From a virus, in the IMG/VR virus record IMGVR_UViG_3300006886_000001: a stretch of 42,132 bases of DNA, one strand, 5' to 3'. Below are positions 26,671-34,006 of the stretch, one piece after another. A program made the translations under genes and the position numbers. The notes beneath the pieces were generated by a model. It had not been told where the DNA came from. It did no database searches and worked only from the letters and a program-made list of their open reading frames with translations. How positions within the stretch are numbered: the first letter of the stretch is position 1; each line of letters opens with the position of its first letter.

Positions 26671-27262
26671 TGTGTCCTACTCTCTTAAGTGCGCTATTAC
26701 AAAGTGCTAGAGTCTTGGCGGCTGTTGCTTCGGATTGGGTTTTGATCTTTTGCGTGATGTTTGGCTTAACAATGTCTCTTAGTAAGAACTCTTTGATGCT
26801 CTTTCGTAGTGCGTCCAAGTCAATCGTGTGGTCGTGGATCACAAATTTTTGTAGACCTCCGACACTCTTAACAAGCCTAGCGTCCTCTTCGGTAAAGATG
26901 AGCACGCCGCCATCTTGTTTATCAAACTCTTTGCCGACCATAAAGCCACAGTCGTCCATCTTTTTATGCCCAGCAATTCCAATATAAGCATAAACCATAG
27001 TCGATACTTCTCTCGCCTTCGTGTCGTAAGCTCTTTCCATCGGTTCTATTTTAATGGCGTAGAACTCGTCCACGCCTTTGGCGATTGACTGTATCGGTTT
27101 CTCGTAGTCCGATGCTCTCTCTCCCAAAAAGGCGATGAACATCGTGTAATCTTTTACTTCCAAACGTTCGATGATGGACTCTATCGCTCCCATGGTGTAA
27201 AGGTTTGCCTCTAGCCTAAGCACTTGCATGATCGCTTTGACAAATTCTTGTTTAGGGTTCAT
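26663..27262 (-). CDS. Hypothetical protein in the lambda P position
   Basis: 199 aa, translationally coupled to the initiator gene. No helicase-loader motif recognised. Confidence 0.45.
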   Translation of the reverse strand: MNPKQEFVKAIMQVLRLEANLYTMGAIESIIERLEVKDYTMFIAFLGERASDYEKPIQSIAKGVDEFYAIKIEPMERAYDTKAREVSTMVYAYIGIAGHKKMDDCGFMVGKEFDKQDGGVLIFTEEDARLVKSVGGLQKFVIHDHTIDLDALRKSIKEFLLRDIVKPNITQKIKTQSEATAAKTLALCNSALKRVGHNG

Positions 27263-28113
27263 ACTCCGCGCTCCATTTGTTCGATGAGTTCCTGCGCCGT
27301 TGCACCGTTGCCGTAAATCTCATCGACGATGGCGTTGGTAGTTTGTGTTTGTGTTTGTCTTTGTTGCGACTGCATTCGCATCGTCTCAAACTTCTCGCGT
27401 AGCTTCTTACCGCTCAGCACGTTGGCGATCCAAAAGTTGCCACGAGGCGATCCATAAATCCAGTTTATGCACCCGATCATCTGCTCTTTGGTTCTTCCAT
27501 CCACCCTAAGTGCTAAGTCTATGTCTCTTACCCACGCTTTAAAATTTTGAACTTTAAAAGTTGGTTGATTAGTTTTAATTTTTTGAAGTAAGTATGAGGC
27601 AACTTCTTGGGCGTCGTCGCAAACAGTTGCGACACTACTCTTATCTTTAGTATTCTTTTGCTCTTTAGTATTCTTATATGTCGGATTTAAATCCGAGTTA
27701 TTTTCGGATTCATTTCCGAGTTTTGTCGGATTCATTTCCGAGTTGGCTACTTTCTCGGATTTAAATCCGACATAGTCATCGGTGTTGTTTTCGGATTTAT
27801 TTCCGACATAGTAAGTTTTGCCTTTTTTGGTCAGCCTCACACAGTCTTTTTTGTTGATTTTTATGTAGTCGATAAGCCCTAGAGAGACAAGGCTTTTAAG
27901 GTGTCGATAAATCGTATCGGCCTTTAGGTCTAAAAGTTCCAACTCGGAAGAGATGATGCTACGAGATGCCCAATAATAAACCTCTCCTTCCATCACCACA
28001 GGTTCCGCCCACGAGTGCGCCTCGCTTATAAATCCCAATACAATGGCTTGATTTATATTCGTAATGCCGAGGTCTAAGGCTTGTTTTTGGTTCACATTTA
28101 TGGTAAATTTCAC
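27259..28113 (-). CDS. Replication initiator (lambda O-like organisation: winged-helix N-terminus, ori iterons inside the gene)
   Basis: The N-terminal winged-helix-like segment ends in IYRHLKSLVSLGLIDYIK. The central low-complexity region is encoded by five iterons. The C-terminus is GSPRGNFWIANVLSGKKLREKFE. Confidence 0.65.
   Translation of the reverse strand: MKFTINVNQKQALDLGITNINQAIVLGFISEAHSWAEPVVMEGEVYYWASRSIISSELELLDLKADTIYRHLKSLVSLGLIDYIKINKKDCVRLTKKGKTYYVGNKSENNTDDYVGFKSEKVANSEMNPTKLGNESENNSDLNPTYKNTKEQKNTKDKSSVATVCDDAQEVASYLLQKIKTNQPTFKVQNFKAWVRDIDLALRVDGRTKEQMIGCINWIYGSPRGNFWIANVLSGKKLREKFETMRMQSQQRQTQTQTTNAIVDEIYGNGATAQELIEQMERGV
27681..27806. repeat. Origin iterons: five copies of TCGGA-N6-TCCGA
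   Basis: 16-bp units start at 27681, 27704, 27726, 27755 and 27791 (TCGGATTTAAATCCGA x2, TCGGATTCATTTCCGA x2, TCGGATTTATTTCCGA). An A+T-rich stretch follows at about 27550-27590. Confidence 0.7.
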
Positions 28114-28424
28114 GCACTTTCCCTTGTAGAGTTGTGCACTTGTTCAACCTTCTGTAACTTCTTCGTTTTTACTTCCTGCTTCAAAAGTTCCTTATTTTTC
28201 CAAACAAGATGCGCCGGTACAGAATAAACGCAGTAGTGTTTGCCCTCAACCTGTGTTGCGATAATGTCGAATTTAAGGGCTTGCAGTTGCGGTACACGGG
28301 AGCGTAGGTTGTTGCTTATACCATCTTGACATGCCTGTGCTGCACTCAAACCGCCGACGAATAATAGGTGTTCGATGACCCGATAATTTTCGCTTCCAAA
28401 CTTAATCATGTTTGTCCTTTTCAA
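28110..28424 (-). CDS. Hypothetical protein (104 aa), possibly DNA-binding
   Basis: ORF overlaps the initiator start. No firm motif. Confidence 0.45.
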   Translation of the reverse strand: MKRTNMIKFGSENYRVIEHLLFVGGLSAAQACQDGISNNLRSRVPQLQALKFDIIATQVEGKHYCVYSVPAHLVWKNKELLKQEVKTKKLQKVEQVHNSTRESA

Positions 28425-28465
28425 TGTTGTGCACTTACGTACATTGTTCTTTACTCTTCATCATC

Positions 28466-28975
28466 TCATCCAAGGATGTGCTCATCGATGATGTCCTCTA
28501 CGCTTCGAGCTTTTTTTCGTAAACTTGTCAGTATCTTTTTGATGCGTTTTGCTTCGGCTTCGTCTATCTTCCCGTCTTTTAGGTCCTGTGCCATTTCGTC
28601 GCTAAGTACTCCGTAGTCGTTCCCGATGTCAAACGCACCGATGGTGATGCTCGACTCAATATTGACACACTTTGCGGGGTTGCTTTGTTCGCCTCTAGCA
28701 GCATAAAAGCCATATTTGTTACAAAGAGCACTGCAAATTCGGTAGGTTTCTTCTTCGTCCATCTGATCCATGATGGATAGTAACATTCCGATTTTTAGGT
28801 CTTTTTGTAGGTTTTTGTGGTGTATATGATTGTAAAATTGTGCGGATCTGTTTGTGCCTTTAAACTCAAATTGCTCAGCAAAATAATCTAAACCATTAAA
28901 GTCATTTTTTTTACCAAATGAGATAACAGATTCCCTGATGGCCTTTGAGATGCCTTCGTCTTTGTAGATGTCCAT
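28466..28975 (-). CDS. First gene of the leftward early operon; CII (CP76)-like regulator candidate
   Basis: 169 aa. The C-terminal DGKIDEAEAKRIKKIL pattern and the gene position recall the Phage_CP76 CII family, from memory only. Confidence 0.35.
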   Translation of the reverse strand: MDIYKDEGISKAIRESVISFGKKNDFNGLDYFAEQFEFKGTNRSAQFYNHIHHKNLQKDLKIGMLLSIMDQMDEEETYRICSALCNKYGFYAARGEQSNPAKCVNIESSITIGAFDIGNDYGVLSDEMAQDLKDGKIDEAEAKRIKKILTSLRKKARSVEDIIDEHILG

Positions 28976-28994
28976 AGATGCCCCTTTGTAGGAT

Positions 28995-29038
28995 GTTTTA
29001 AGTCAGCCCGAAGGGGCAACAACGGGCTTACTTAAAAC
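28995..29038 (-). ncRNA. 16-bp leader hairpin in the 5' UTR of the leftward early transcript
   Basis: GTTTTAAGTCAGCCCG (28995-29010) pairs with CGGGCTTACTTAAAAC (29023-29038) with 1 mismatch and a 12-nt loop. It lies between the promoter and the start at 28975. Confidence 0.5.
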
Positions 29039-29075
29039 ATAACTATTTACATTTGTTTCCAAGTGCATGAGTGGA

Positions 29076-29118
29076 ATCATACGACAATATGTCTTTATTT
29101 GTCAAGACCTTATGTCTT
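29076..29118 (-). promoter_or_regulatory. Leftward early promoter with two operators
   Basis: On the minus strand: TTGACA (29105-29100), an 18-nt spacer, then TATGAT (29081-29076). Operators are AAGAC-N5-GTCTT at 29104-29118 (perfect) and ACGAC-N5-GTCTT at 29081-29095. Confidence 0.7.
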
Positions 29119-29226
29119 TTTATTTTTACATGTAAAGAGTAAGGTGAGAATTTATACGTGTTAAAGATAGTGGGAAAAGTTGTGATTTTAGAGAGGTAAT
29201 GGTAGAGAAATTGGTTATTTTTGGGC

Positions 29227-29266
29227 ATAAAAAAAGCCTTGCCCCCACTAAGAGAGACAAGGCTTT
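29227..29266 (-). terminator. Rho-independent terminator ending the repressor operon
   Basis: A 9-bp stem (AAAGCCTTG with CAAGGCTTT, 29233-41 and 29258-66) with a 16-nt loop. On the minus strand it is followed by a T-run. Confidence 0.7.
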
Positions 29267-29343
29267 GGGACACTAGACATTATTACTTGAATGTGCCTAG
29301 TCTCCCCATCCTTTTAAGACTTATTTTCTATATAGCATAAAGT

Positions 29344-29739
29344 CTAATTAAATGGTAAATATACATCGTGTTCTTTGTGTTTTTTGAGAGCCTTGTATAC
29401 TTTGCCATTTTTCAATAAAAATTTGTAAGACGTAAACCCAGTATATCCACCATAACTATTTTTGCCATTTATTTCTACTTCTGTCAAATACCCATAATAA
29501 ATAGCCCCTCCAAGGGCAATCCCATCTTGAAAATACCCTTTGTGGATAATTGTAAATTTGTATTGTGCGGACGATGGATCTTTTAATCTATACTCCATCC
29601 ATTCTTTTACCGCATTTTCTGCTTCGTCTTGTCCTATTTCTCTCCCATAGTCTGCACTTTCTACCTGTTGTGGGGTTGGGGGAGTGGCGCATCCTATAAA
29701 AAATAACCCTAAAATTAAAGACAAAAACAATGATTTCAT
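29344..29739 (-). CDS. Lipoprotein (131 aa), candidate superinfection-exclusion factor
   Basis: Signal peptide and lipobox (LILGLFFIGC). Last gene before the terminator, in the lysogenic operon. Confidence 0.6.
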   Translation of the reverse strand: MKSLFLSLILGLFFIGCATPPTPQQVESADYGREIGQDEAENAVKEWMEYRLKDPSSAQYKFTIIHKGYFQDGIALGGAIYYGYLTEVEINGKNSYGGYTGFTSYKFLLKNGKVYKALKKHKEHDVYLPFN

Positions 29740-29748
29740 AAAATTCTC

Positions 29749-30396
29749 CTATAAAAATCTTGCCCAATGGCGTTCTGAAACAATGGCTATACCAGTCTTT
29801 TTTTGATCGCGTAGCTCTATGGCCTTTTCTATCTTTCTTCCAAAACTAGAGTGCGCCCAGTCTTGGCTTCCTATGTCACCTATGACGAGGAAGTCTGTGT
29901 CTTTTTTGACCCCATCGTGGATAATGCCGCCAAGCTCTACAATAAGCTCTGAGAGCTGTTTTCGTGGTCCTGTTGTAAATATCCCCGTAAAAACAAACGA
30001 TGCGCCTTCTATGGCGATGCTAGGTGCAGGCTTACATAAAGGAAGTGTACTGCTCATGCTATCTATCTCTGCATCATCACAGATTATGTCTCCACCTGTA
30101 AGCTCAGCCATTGTCTCTAAAAGTTCTTTTTGCTCTTCATCATCTAAAATGCCATCTTTGAGCATTTCAGAGATTCGATTATAGAGTATGTTAAAAGGGT
30201 AATGTTCTGCAACATGGGAATTGGCTTCTATCCATTTAAGAAGAAACTGCGCTTCTTGCATATTGGTAGCGTTGTCTGCGATCATACCTCTACAAACACC
30301 TATAAGCTCATCGATCTTACGGTTACATACTTCTTTTGCGCGAATATTTCGTGTTTTGAGTTGCCCTTGGTCATCTGTTAGTTTTGCATCACTCAT
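29749..30396 (-). CDS. BRCT-domain protein with an N-terminal helical domain
   Basis: Residues ~128-215 (IEGASFVFTGIFTTGPRKQLSELIVELGGIIHDGVKKDTDFLVIGDIGS...KIEKAIEL) match the LigA-type BRCT pattern. The N-terminus (GMIADNATNMQEAQFLLKWI...LKDGILDDEEQKELL) is TerB/DjlA-N-like by eye. Confidence 0.7.
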   Translation of the reverse strand: MSDAKLTDDQGQLKTRNIRAKEVCNRKIDELIGVCRGMIADNATNMQEAQFLLKWIEANSHVAEHYPFNILYNRISEMLKDGILDDEEQKELLETMAELTGGDIICDDAEIDSMSSTLPLCKPAPSIAIEGASFVFTGIFTTGPRKQLSELIVELGGIIHDGVKKDTDFLVIGDIGSQDWAHSSFGRKIEKAIELRDQKKTGIAIVSERHWARFL

Positions 30397-30436
30397 CTTT
30401 TTCCCTTTATTAAAAACCTACTAAATTTTAAGCACC

Positions 30437-31501
30437 CTATTCTTTACCTATTTTTCTTTTTTCAGCAGATGCTATAAGCTCTTCTTTATGGTTGTAAAGT
30501 TCATCGACACTATTAATAGCGATCTTAACTTCCGCTCCATTTTCGTCAGGGAGCCCTAACGTTTTCTGTTTGCCATTGAAATATAGCCTACAAATCCATT
30601 TTGTTACTTTTCCTTGATAAAGAATATTGAAGTAACTCATAGTGTCTTTATAGCTGACATTTTTTATCCCAATAGTTTCACCAACAATTGAACGCACAAT
30701 GTAAAAAGCATTAAGTTCATCTTCTGTCGTAATCACTTGTTTTTCGTCGACTACAGGCTCTTCTTCTTGGACTTCTTCAATTTGTTGAGGAACGGATAGT
30801 GTAGACTGAATTGCTTGGATTTTATCGTTTGCCATGTCATTTAGAACATCAGCAAAAGATTTTTTGACATAGCCTCTAAACTCTTCTATCACGGCTGTAG
30901 ACATTCTTCTTTCAGTGATTTTTCTCGCAAAAAAGGTTACAAAGTCATCAGATGGATTATCAACTTCTGCTTTAAAAATAGCTTGAATCTCTCTGTGATA
31001 TTTTTTTGTACTGGCCATTTGCAATATGGTTTCTGTGTCGAGAACATCTTTGGCAAATTTTACTAATTCTTTGATATCTCTATCTCTTACATTTTCAAGG
31101 TTTATCACTAAAAATGGTGTTTTATCCATCTTGTTTTGTTCTTCAAGGTCTGAGAAAAATCGATACTCTAACCCATTGGTTAAAATGGCAAATTTGCAAT
31201 CTGTCACATGAAAATATCGTACGAGCTGGTTATTGTGGTTGTTAAGGTTTTCAGTATGGCTTTTGACCTCTATAATCATAATAGGCTTACCATCACGCAA
31301 TATAGCATAGTCTACTTTTTCACCTTTTTTAGTGCCGATATCGGCAGTAAATTCAGGAACTATCACCGTTGGGTCAAATACATCATAACCAAGAACTGAA
31401 AGAAAAGGCATCACAAAAGATTGCTTGGTTGCTTCTTCGGTCAAAATTTTATCTTTCATCGTTTTGATACGATCACCAAGTGCTTTTATTTTCGCTTCCA
31501 T
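30437..31501 (-). CDS. PD-(D/E)xK nuclease-fold protein, HsdR_N-like (stand-alone)
   Basis: TEEATKQSFVMPFLSVLGYD..VDYAIL (D64)..IIEVK (E78, K80)..NQLVRYF..AILTNGLEYRFF is the type I restriction HsdR N-terminal domain pattern. The C-terminal ~150 aa are an unassigned domain. Confidence 0.7.
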   Translation of the reverse strand: MEAKIKALGDRIKTMKDKILTEEATKQSFVMPFLSVLGYDVFDPTVIVPEFTADIGTKKGEKVDYAILRDGKPIMIIEVKSHTENLNNHNNQLVRYFHVTDCKFAILTNGLEYRFFSDLEEQNKMDKTPFLVINLENVRDRDIKELVKFAKDVLDTETILQMASTKKYHREIQAIFKAEVDNPSDDFVTFFARKITERRMSTAVIEEFRGYVKKSFADVLNDMANDKIQAIQSTLSVPQQIEEVQEEEPVVDEKQVITTEDELNAFYIVRSIVGETIGIKNVSYKDTMSYFNILYQGKVTKWICRLYFNGKQKTLGLPDENGAEVKIAINSVDELYNHKEELIASAEKRKIGKE

Positions 31502-31529
31502 TGATTCCCTTTTTGAATTTAGATTTTAT

Positions 31530-32144
31530 TTATTCCTTCAACAACATCAAACTACCAAATTTCAAACGCCCGACTATCTTGCCTACAATATCAAAATCAT
31601 TGATGCCAAGCTCAAAGGAATCGTACTCTTTGTTGTCGCTTTTTATGATCGCTTTTTTGCCGATGATCTGCACGCGCTTGATCTGTACAACGTCATCATA
31701 AGCGATGAGATAGACCGCTTCCGCAGGGATGACATCTCTACCATTGCGTAGCTCTATGATCGCCCAGTCGTTCTCATCCAAGTACGGGGCCATACTATCA
31801 CCCACAATGCGGATCATAGCAATGTCTTTGGTGATGATATTTGAAGGAAAAACACGACTATCAAAGACGAAGTTATCTGAACTAAGGCGCAGTTGCTCAA
31901 GCATACCCGCAGCGCCACATCCTGCGACGGCTTCAAATATTGGAATGGTGATGATATTTTGAGAAGTTGAGACATTTTGTCTTAAATCTTTCCAAATTTT
32001 AGAAGGAACACCTCTCTGCAACCACTTTGCCACTGTTAATTCATTTTGACCAAGTATGCTTGCGACTTCTTTAACACCCTTGGCATTTAGGGCTTTCATC
32101 AAAGATTCAAAACTATCAGGATCAACTTTTTCTAAATTTTTCAT
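31530..32144 (-). CDS. cI: CI-type repressor (HTH + S24 LexA-like autopeptidase)
   Basis: HTH is VKEVASILGQNELTVAKWLQRG. The S24 motif is IVGDSMAPYL, with a downstream Lys region. Preferred start is ATG 32144 after GAGGAAAAAG, because the longer ORF would overlap the operator. Confidence 0.85.
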   Translation of the reverse strand: MKNLEKVDPDSFESLMKALNAKGVKEVASILGQNELTVAKWLQRGVPSKIWKDLRQNVSTSQNIITIPIFEAVAGCGAAGMLEQLRLSSDNFVFDSRVFPSNIITKDIAMIRIVGDSMAPYLDENDWAIIELRNGRDVIPAEAVYLIAYDDVVQIKRVQIIGKKAIIKSDNKEYDSFELGINDFDIVGKIVGRLKFGSLMLLKE

Positions 32145-32159
32145 CTTTTTCCTCAAAAA

Positions 32160-32201
32160 AAGACATAAGGTCTTGACATTAAAGACAAAACGTCTTATAC
32201 T
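32160..32201 (+). promoter_or_regulatory. Rightward early promoter with two operators
   Basis: TTGACA (32173-78), a 17-nt spacer, then TATACT (32196-201). Operators are AAGAC-N5-GTCTT at 32160-74 and 32182-96, both perfect. The 20-mer AAAGACATAAGGTCTTGACA is shared with the leftward promoter. Confidence 0.75.
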
Positions 32202-32219
32202 TTCATTCATAAATCGTTC

Positions 32220-32234
32220 ACGTTTTCAAAACGT
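32220..32234. promoter_or_regulatory. Palindrome ACGTTTT-C-AAAACGT in the switch region
   Basis: 7+1+7 inverted repeat between the rightward -10 box and the first rightward gene. It differs from the AAGAC operators. Confidence 0.35.
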
Positions 32235-32287
32235 AAACATTTAATAAAAGTATATTGAAAATTCATAAATTATGAAAGGTTTTTGAC

Positions 32288-32530
32288 ATGGCGTTTAACC
32301 CTAAAGTGGCTTTTTTTGCGAATGTGAAACACGGACTCATCGAAAACGACAAGACATTGGAAGACATGGCAAATGAAATGAAAAAAAGTCTTGACTCTTT
32401 AAAAACAAGACTCTACCAAATCAACGCCAAAAAGACATGCGTGACCCCACTCGACAAAGAGATCGTGGCATACCTAAACGTCAACTGTAAAGGCTTCAAA
32501 GCGTGGGCTAAAGCAAAAAAGATCAAGTAA
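32288..32530 (+). CDS. First gene of the rightward operon (Cro-position small regulator)
   Basis: 80 aa, divergent from cI. No clear HTH read. Confidence 0.4.
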   Translation: MAFNPKVAFFANVKHGLIENDKTLEDMANEMKKSLDSLKTRLYQINAKKTCVTPLDKEIVAYLNVNCKGFKAWAKAKKIK

Positions 32531-32809
32531 GCGTTCAACGAAGCTTTACATGTAAGGCTTCTTCGAGTGTTTCACTCGCATTGTCGGAGGTAAAATCCTC
32601 ATCAAAAAATCGTTTTGATCGTCTTAACGTTGTGAATAAGGCGGCTACGTCCTAGGGGGCATCTTTGGGTGTTACGGTAAAGACCCTATACAAGTTTTTT
32701 AATGAGGGCATGAGCATTTAACAATCCTTTATGTTTTATTTGCAACACACCTCTTTGAACCGCTGCTTTGCTGTGTCCTCTTTAAAAAACTTAATCTCAA
32801 GGAGAAAAC

Positions 32810-33448
32810 ATGAAGGCTATCAAGGATTTATTAAAACATTGTATGGGTAAAAACAACCCAAAACCTGAACTAGACTGTATTTTAATTGATGGAAACAAGC
32901 TTATTTGTACAGACACAAAGCAACTACTCGTTTTAAAGTTTGAGGATGATTTTTGTGCAGCAAAAGATGAGATGATAATGCTTTTTGAAAAGCTACCAAA
33001 AGGCTTCATGGGGGCACATCGCCCTAAACAAATGGTTGACATTTTAGATGCAAATCTTGGAATTGTGGAAGATTTAGGATTTAAACTAGGTATGCCATAT
33101 CATGGCAATGACTGCAAAGCAAAATACCCTGACTATGAACGTATCATTGGCGCATCACCACAAGCAAAGCGTTATAAATTTACTTTTGATGGGTATAGAA
33201 ACAGCGATGACATGCTTATTTTTAAATCTACCATTTTAAATAATGCGCTTTTTGATGGTAGATATTTAGCAAAATTTGCACAACTTCTTTTAAAGACACG
33301 CCCACCTTTTCGTATAACTATCGAACAACAAGATGCGAATATGCCATTGCACATTCATGCAAAAGTACTTGGAAAAAGCGCACTTTATAGCATAACCTAT
33401 CTCGTTATGCCTATTGTGACCGACGAAAAAGACAGGCAAGTAGCATGA
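32810..33448 (+). CDS. Hypothetical protein; faint sliding-clamp-like features
   Basis: AAGGAG RBS. ILIDGNKLICTDTKQLLV, KYPDYERII and the C-terminal LVMPIV vaguely recall DnaN motifs. Weak call. Confidence 0.3.
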   Translation: MKAIKDLLKHCMGKNNPKPELDCILIDGNKLICTDTKQLLVLKFEDDFCAAKDEMIMLFEKLPKGFMGAHRPKQMVDILDANLGIVEDLGFKLGMPYHGNDCKAKYPDYERIIGASPQAKRYKFTFDGYRNSDDMLIFKSTILNNALFDGRYLAKFAQLLLKTRPPFRITIEQQDANMPLHIHAKVLGKSALYSITYLVMPIVTDEKDRQVA

Positions 33449-33618
33449 ACGCCCTACGCCAATACGCAACGCTCGAACTGATGTTGCAAAACAAACCAAA
33501 AACGACCATTAAAGAGGCATTGACGGCTATTGAAACGGTTGGAAAAGTGACCAAAAAATGCGCCACGTTTTTGACCATAAAGTACCAAGTTATTTTACAT
33601 GTAAAGGTCGCCGCATGA
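33445..33618 (+). CDS. Small ORF (57 aa), not in the ORF track
   Basis: ATGA overlap with the upstream stop. It ends ..VILHVKVAA, overlapping the next start. The 3' end carries the start-associated palindrome. Confidence 0.45.
   Translation: MNALRQYATLELMLQNKPKTTIKEALTAIETVGKVTKKCATFLTIKYQVILHVKVAA
33594..33617 (+). promoter_or_regulatory. Start-associated palindromic motif, copy 1
   Basis: TTTACATGTAAAGG-tcgccgc-ATG. Confidence 0.7.
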
Positions 33619-33854
33619 CTAAGATGCTTGACATCGCCACGCAGCTTTTAAACATCGAAAAGCACGATGCAGTTGAGCAGAACGAGCACGGTAAGAAGTA
33701 CGTGCCTGCCTCAGTCGTGCGGTGCTTAGCGCATGAACTGATCGTAGAGATACGCAAGCAAGAAGCAAGCGACAAAGAGGTGCTTGGATACATCGAAAAA
33801 GCAAAACAAATCCTTATAGGATTAGGAAGGGTAGGAGCAGAGGATGACAGCTGA
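33615..33854 (+). CDS. Hypothetical protein (79 aa)
   Basis: Start chosen at ATG 33615, exactly 7 nt after TTTACATGTAAAGG. Confidence 0.55.
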   Translation: MTKMLDIATQLLNIEKHDAVEQNEHGKKYVPASVVRCLAHELIVEIRKQEASDKEVLGYIEKAKQILIGLGRVGAEDDS

Positions 33855-34005
33855 AATGCACAAACGCCCATTTGCAAACCGTAAGCCCCCCGTGAGAATA
33901 GGACAAAAGAAGATCGAGCCAAATGCTTCGTTTTGTAAAAGAGGTGTTGGCTTACCATTGGTGCAGTTAATACAACATGTGCTTAAAGAAAGAGAGAAAA
34001 AGTAA
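33844..34005 (+). CDS. Small basic ORF (53 aa), not in the ORF track
   Basis: Overlaps the upstream stop and ends 1 nt before the next start. Hand translation: MTAEMHKRPFANRKPPVRIGQKK... Confidence 0.35.
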   Translation: MTAEMHKRPFANRKPPVRIGQKKIEPNASFCKRGVGLPLVQLIQHVLKEREKK

Positions 34006-34006
34006 G

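Noticed and set aside
27681-27806. Regularly spaced short repeats, considered as a CRISPR-like array
   Set aside because: The units are 16-bp inverted repeats with 6-20 bp between them, inside a coding sequence. This fits ori iterons. No CRISPR array was seen anywhere in the window.
29043-29273. 76-aa minus-strand ORF between the lipoprotein gene and the CII-like gene
   Set aside because: It spans the intrinsic terminator and the leftward promoter/operator unit. The regulatory reading explains the sequence better.
32145-32210. 22-codon N-terminal extension of the cI ORF
   Set aside because: It would read through the rightward promoter and operators. An internal ATG at 32144 has a GAGGA RBS and starts just before the HTH domain.
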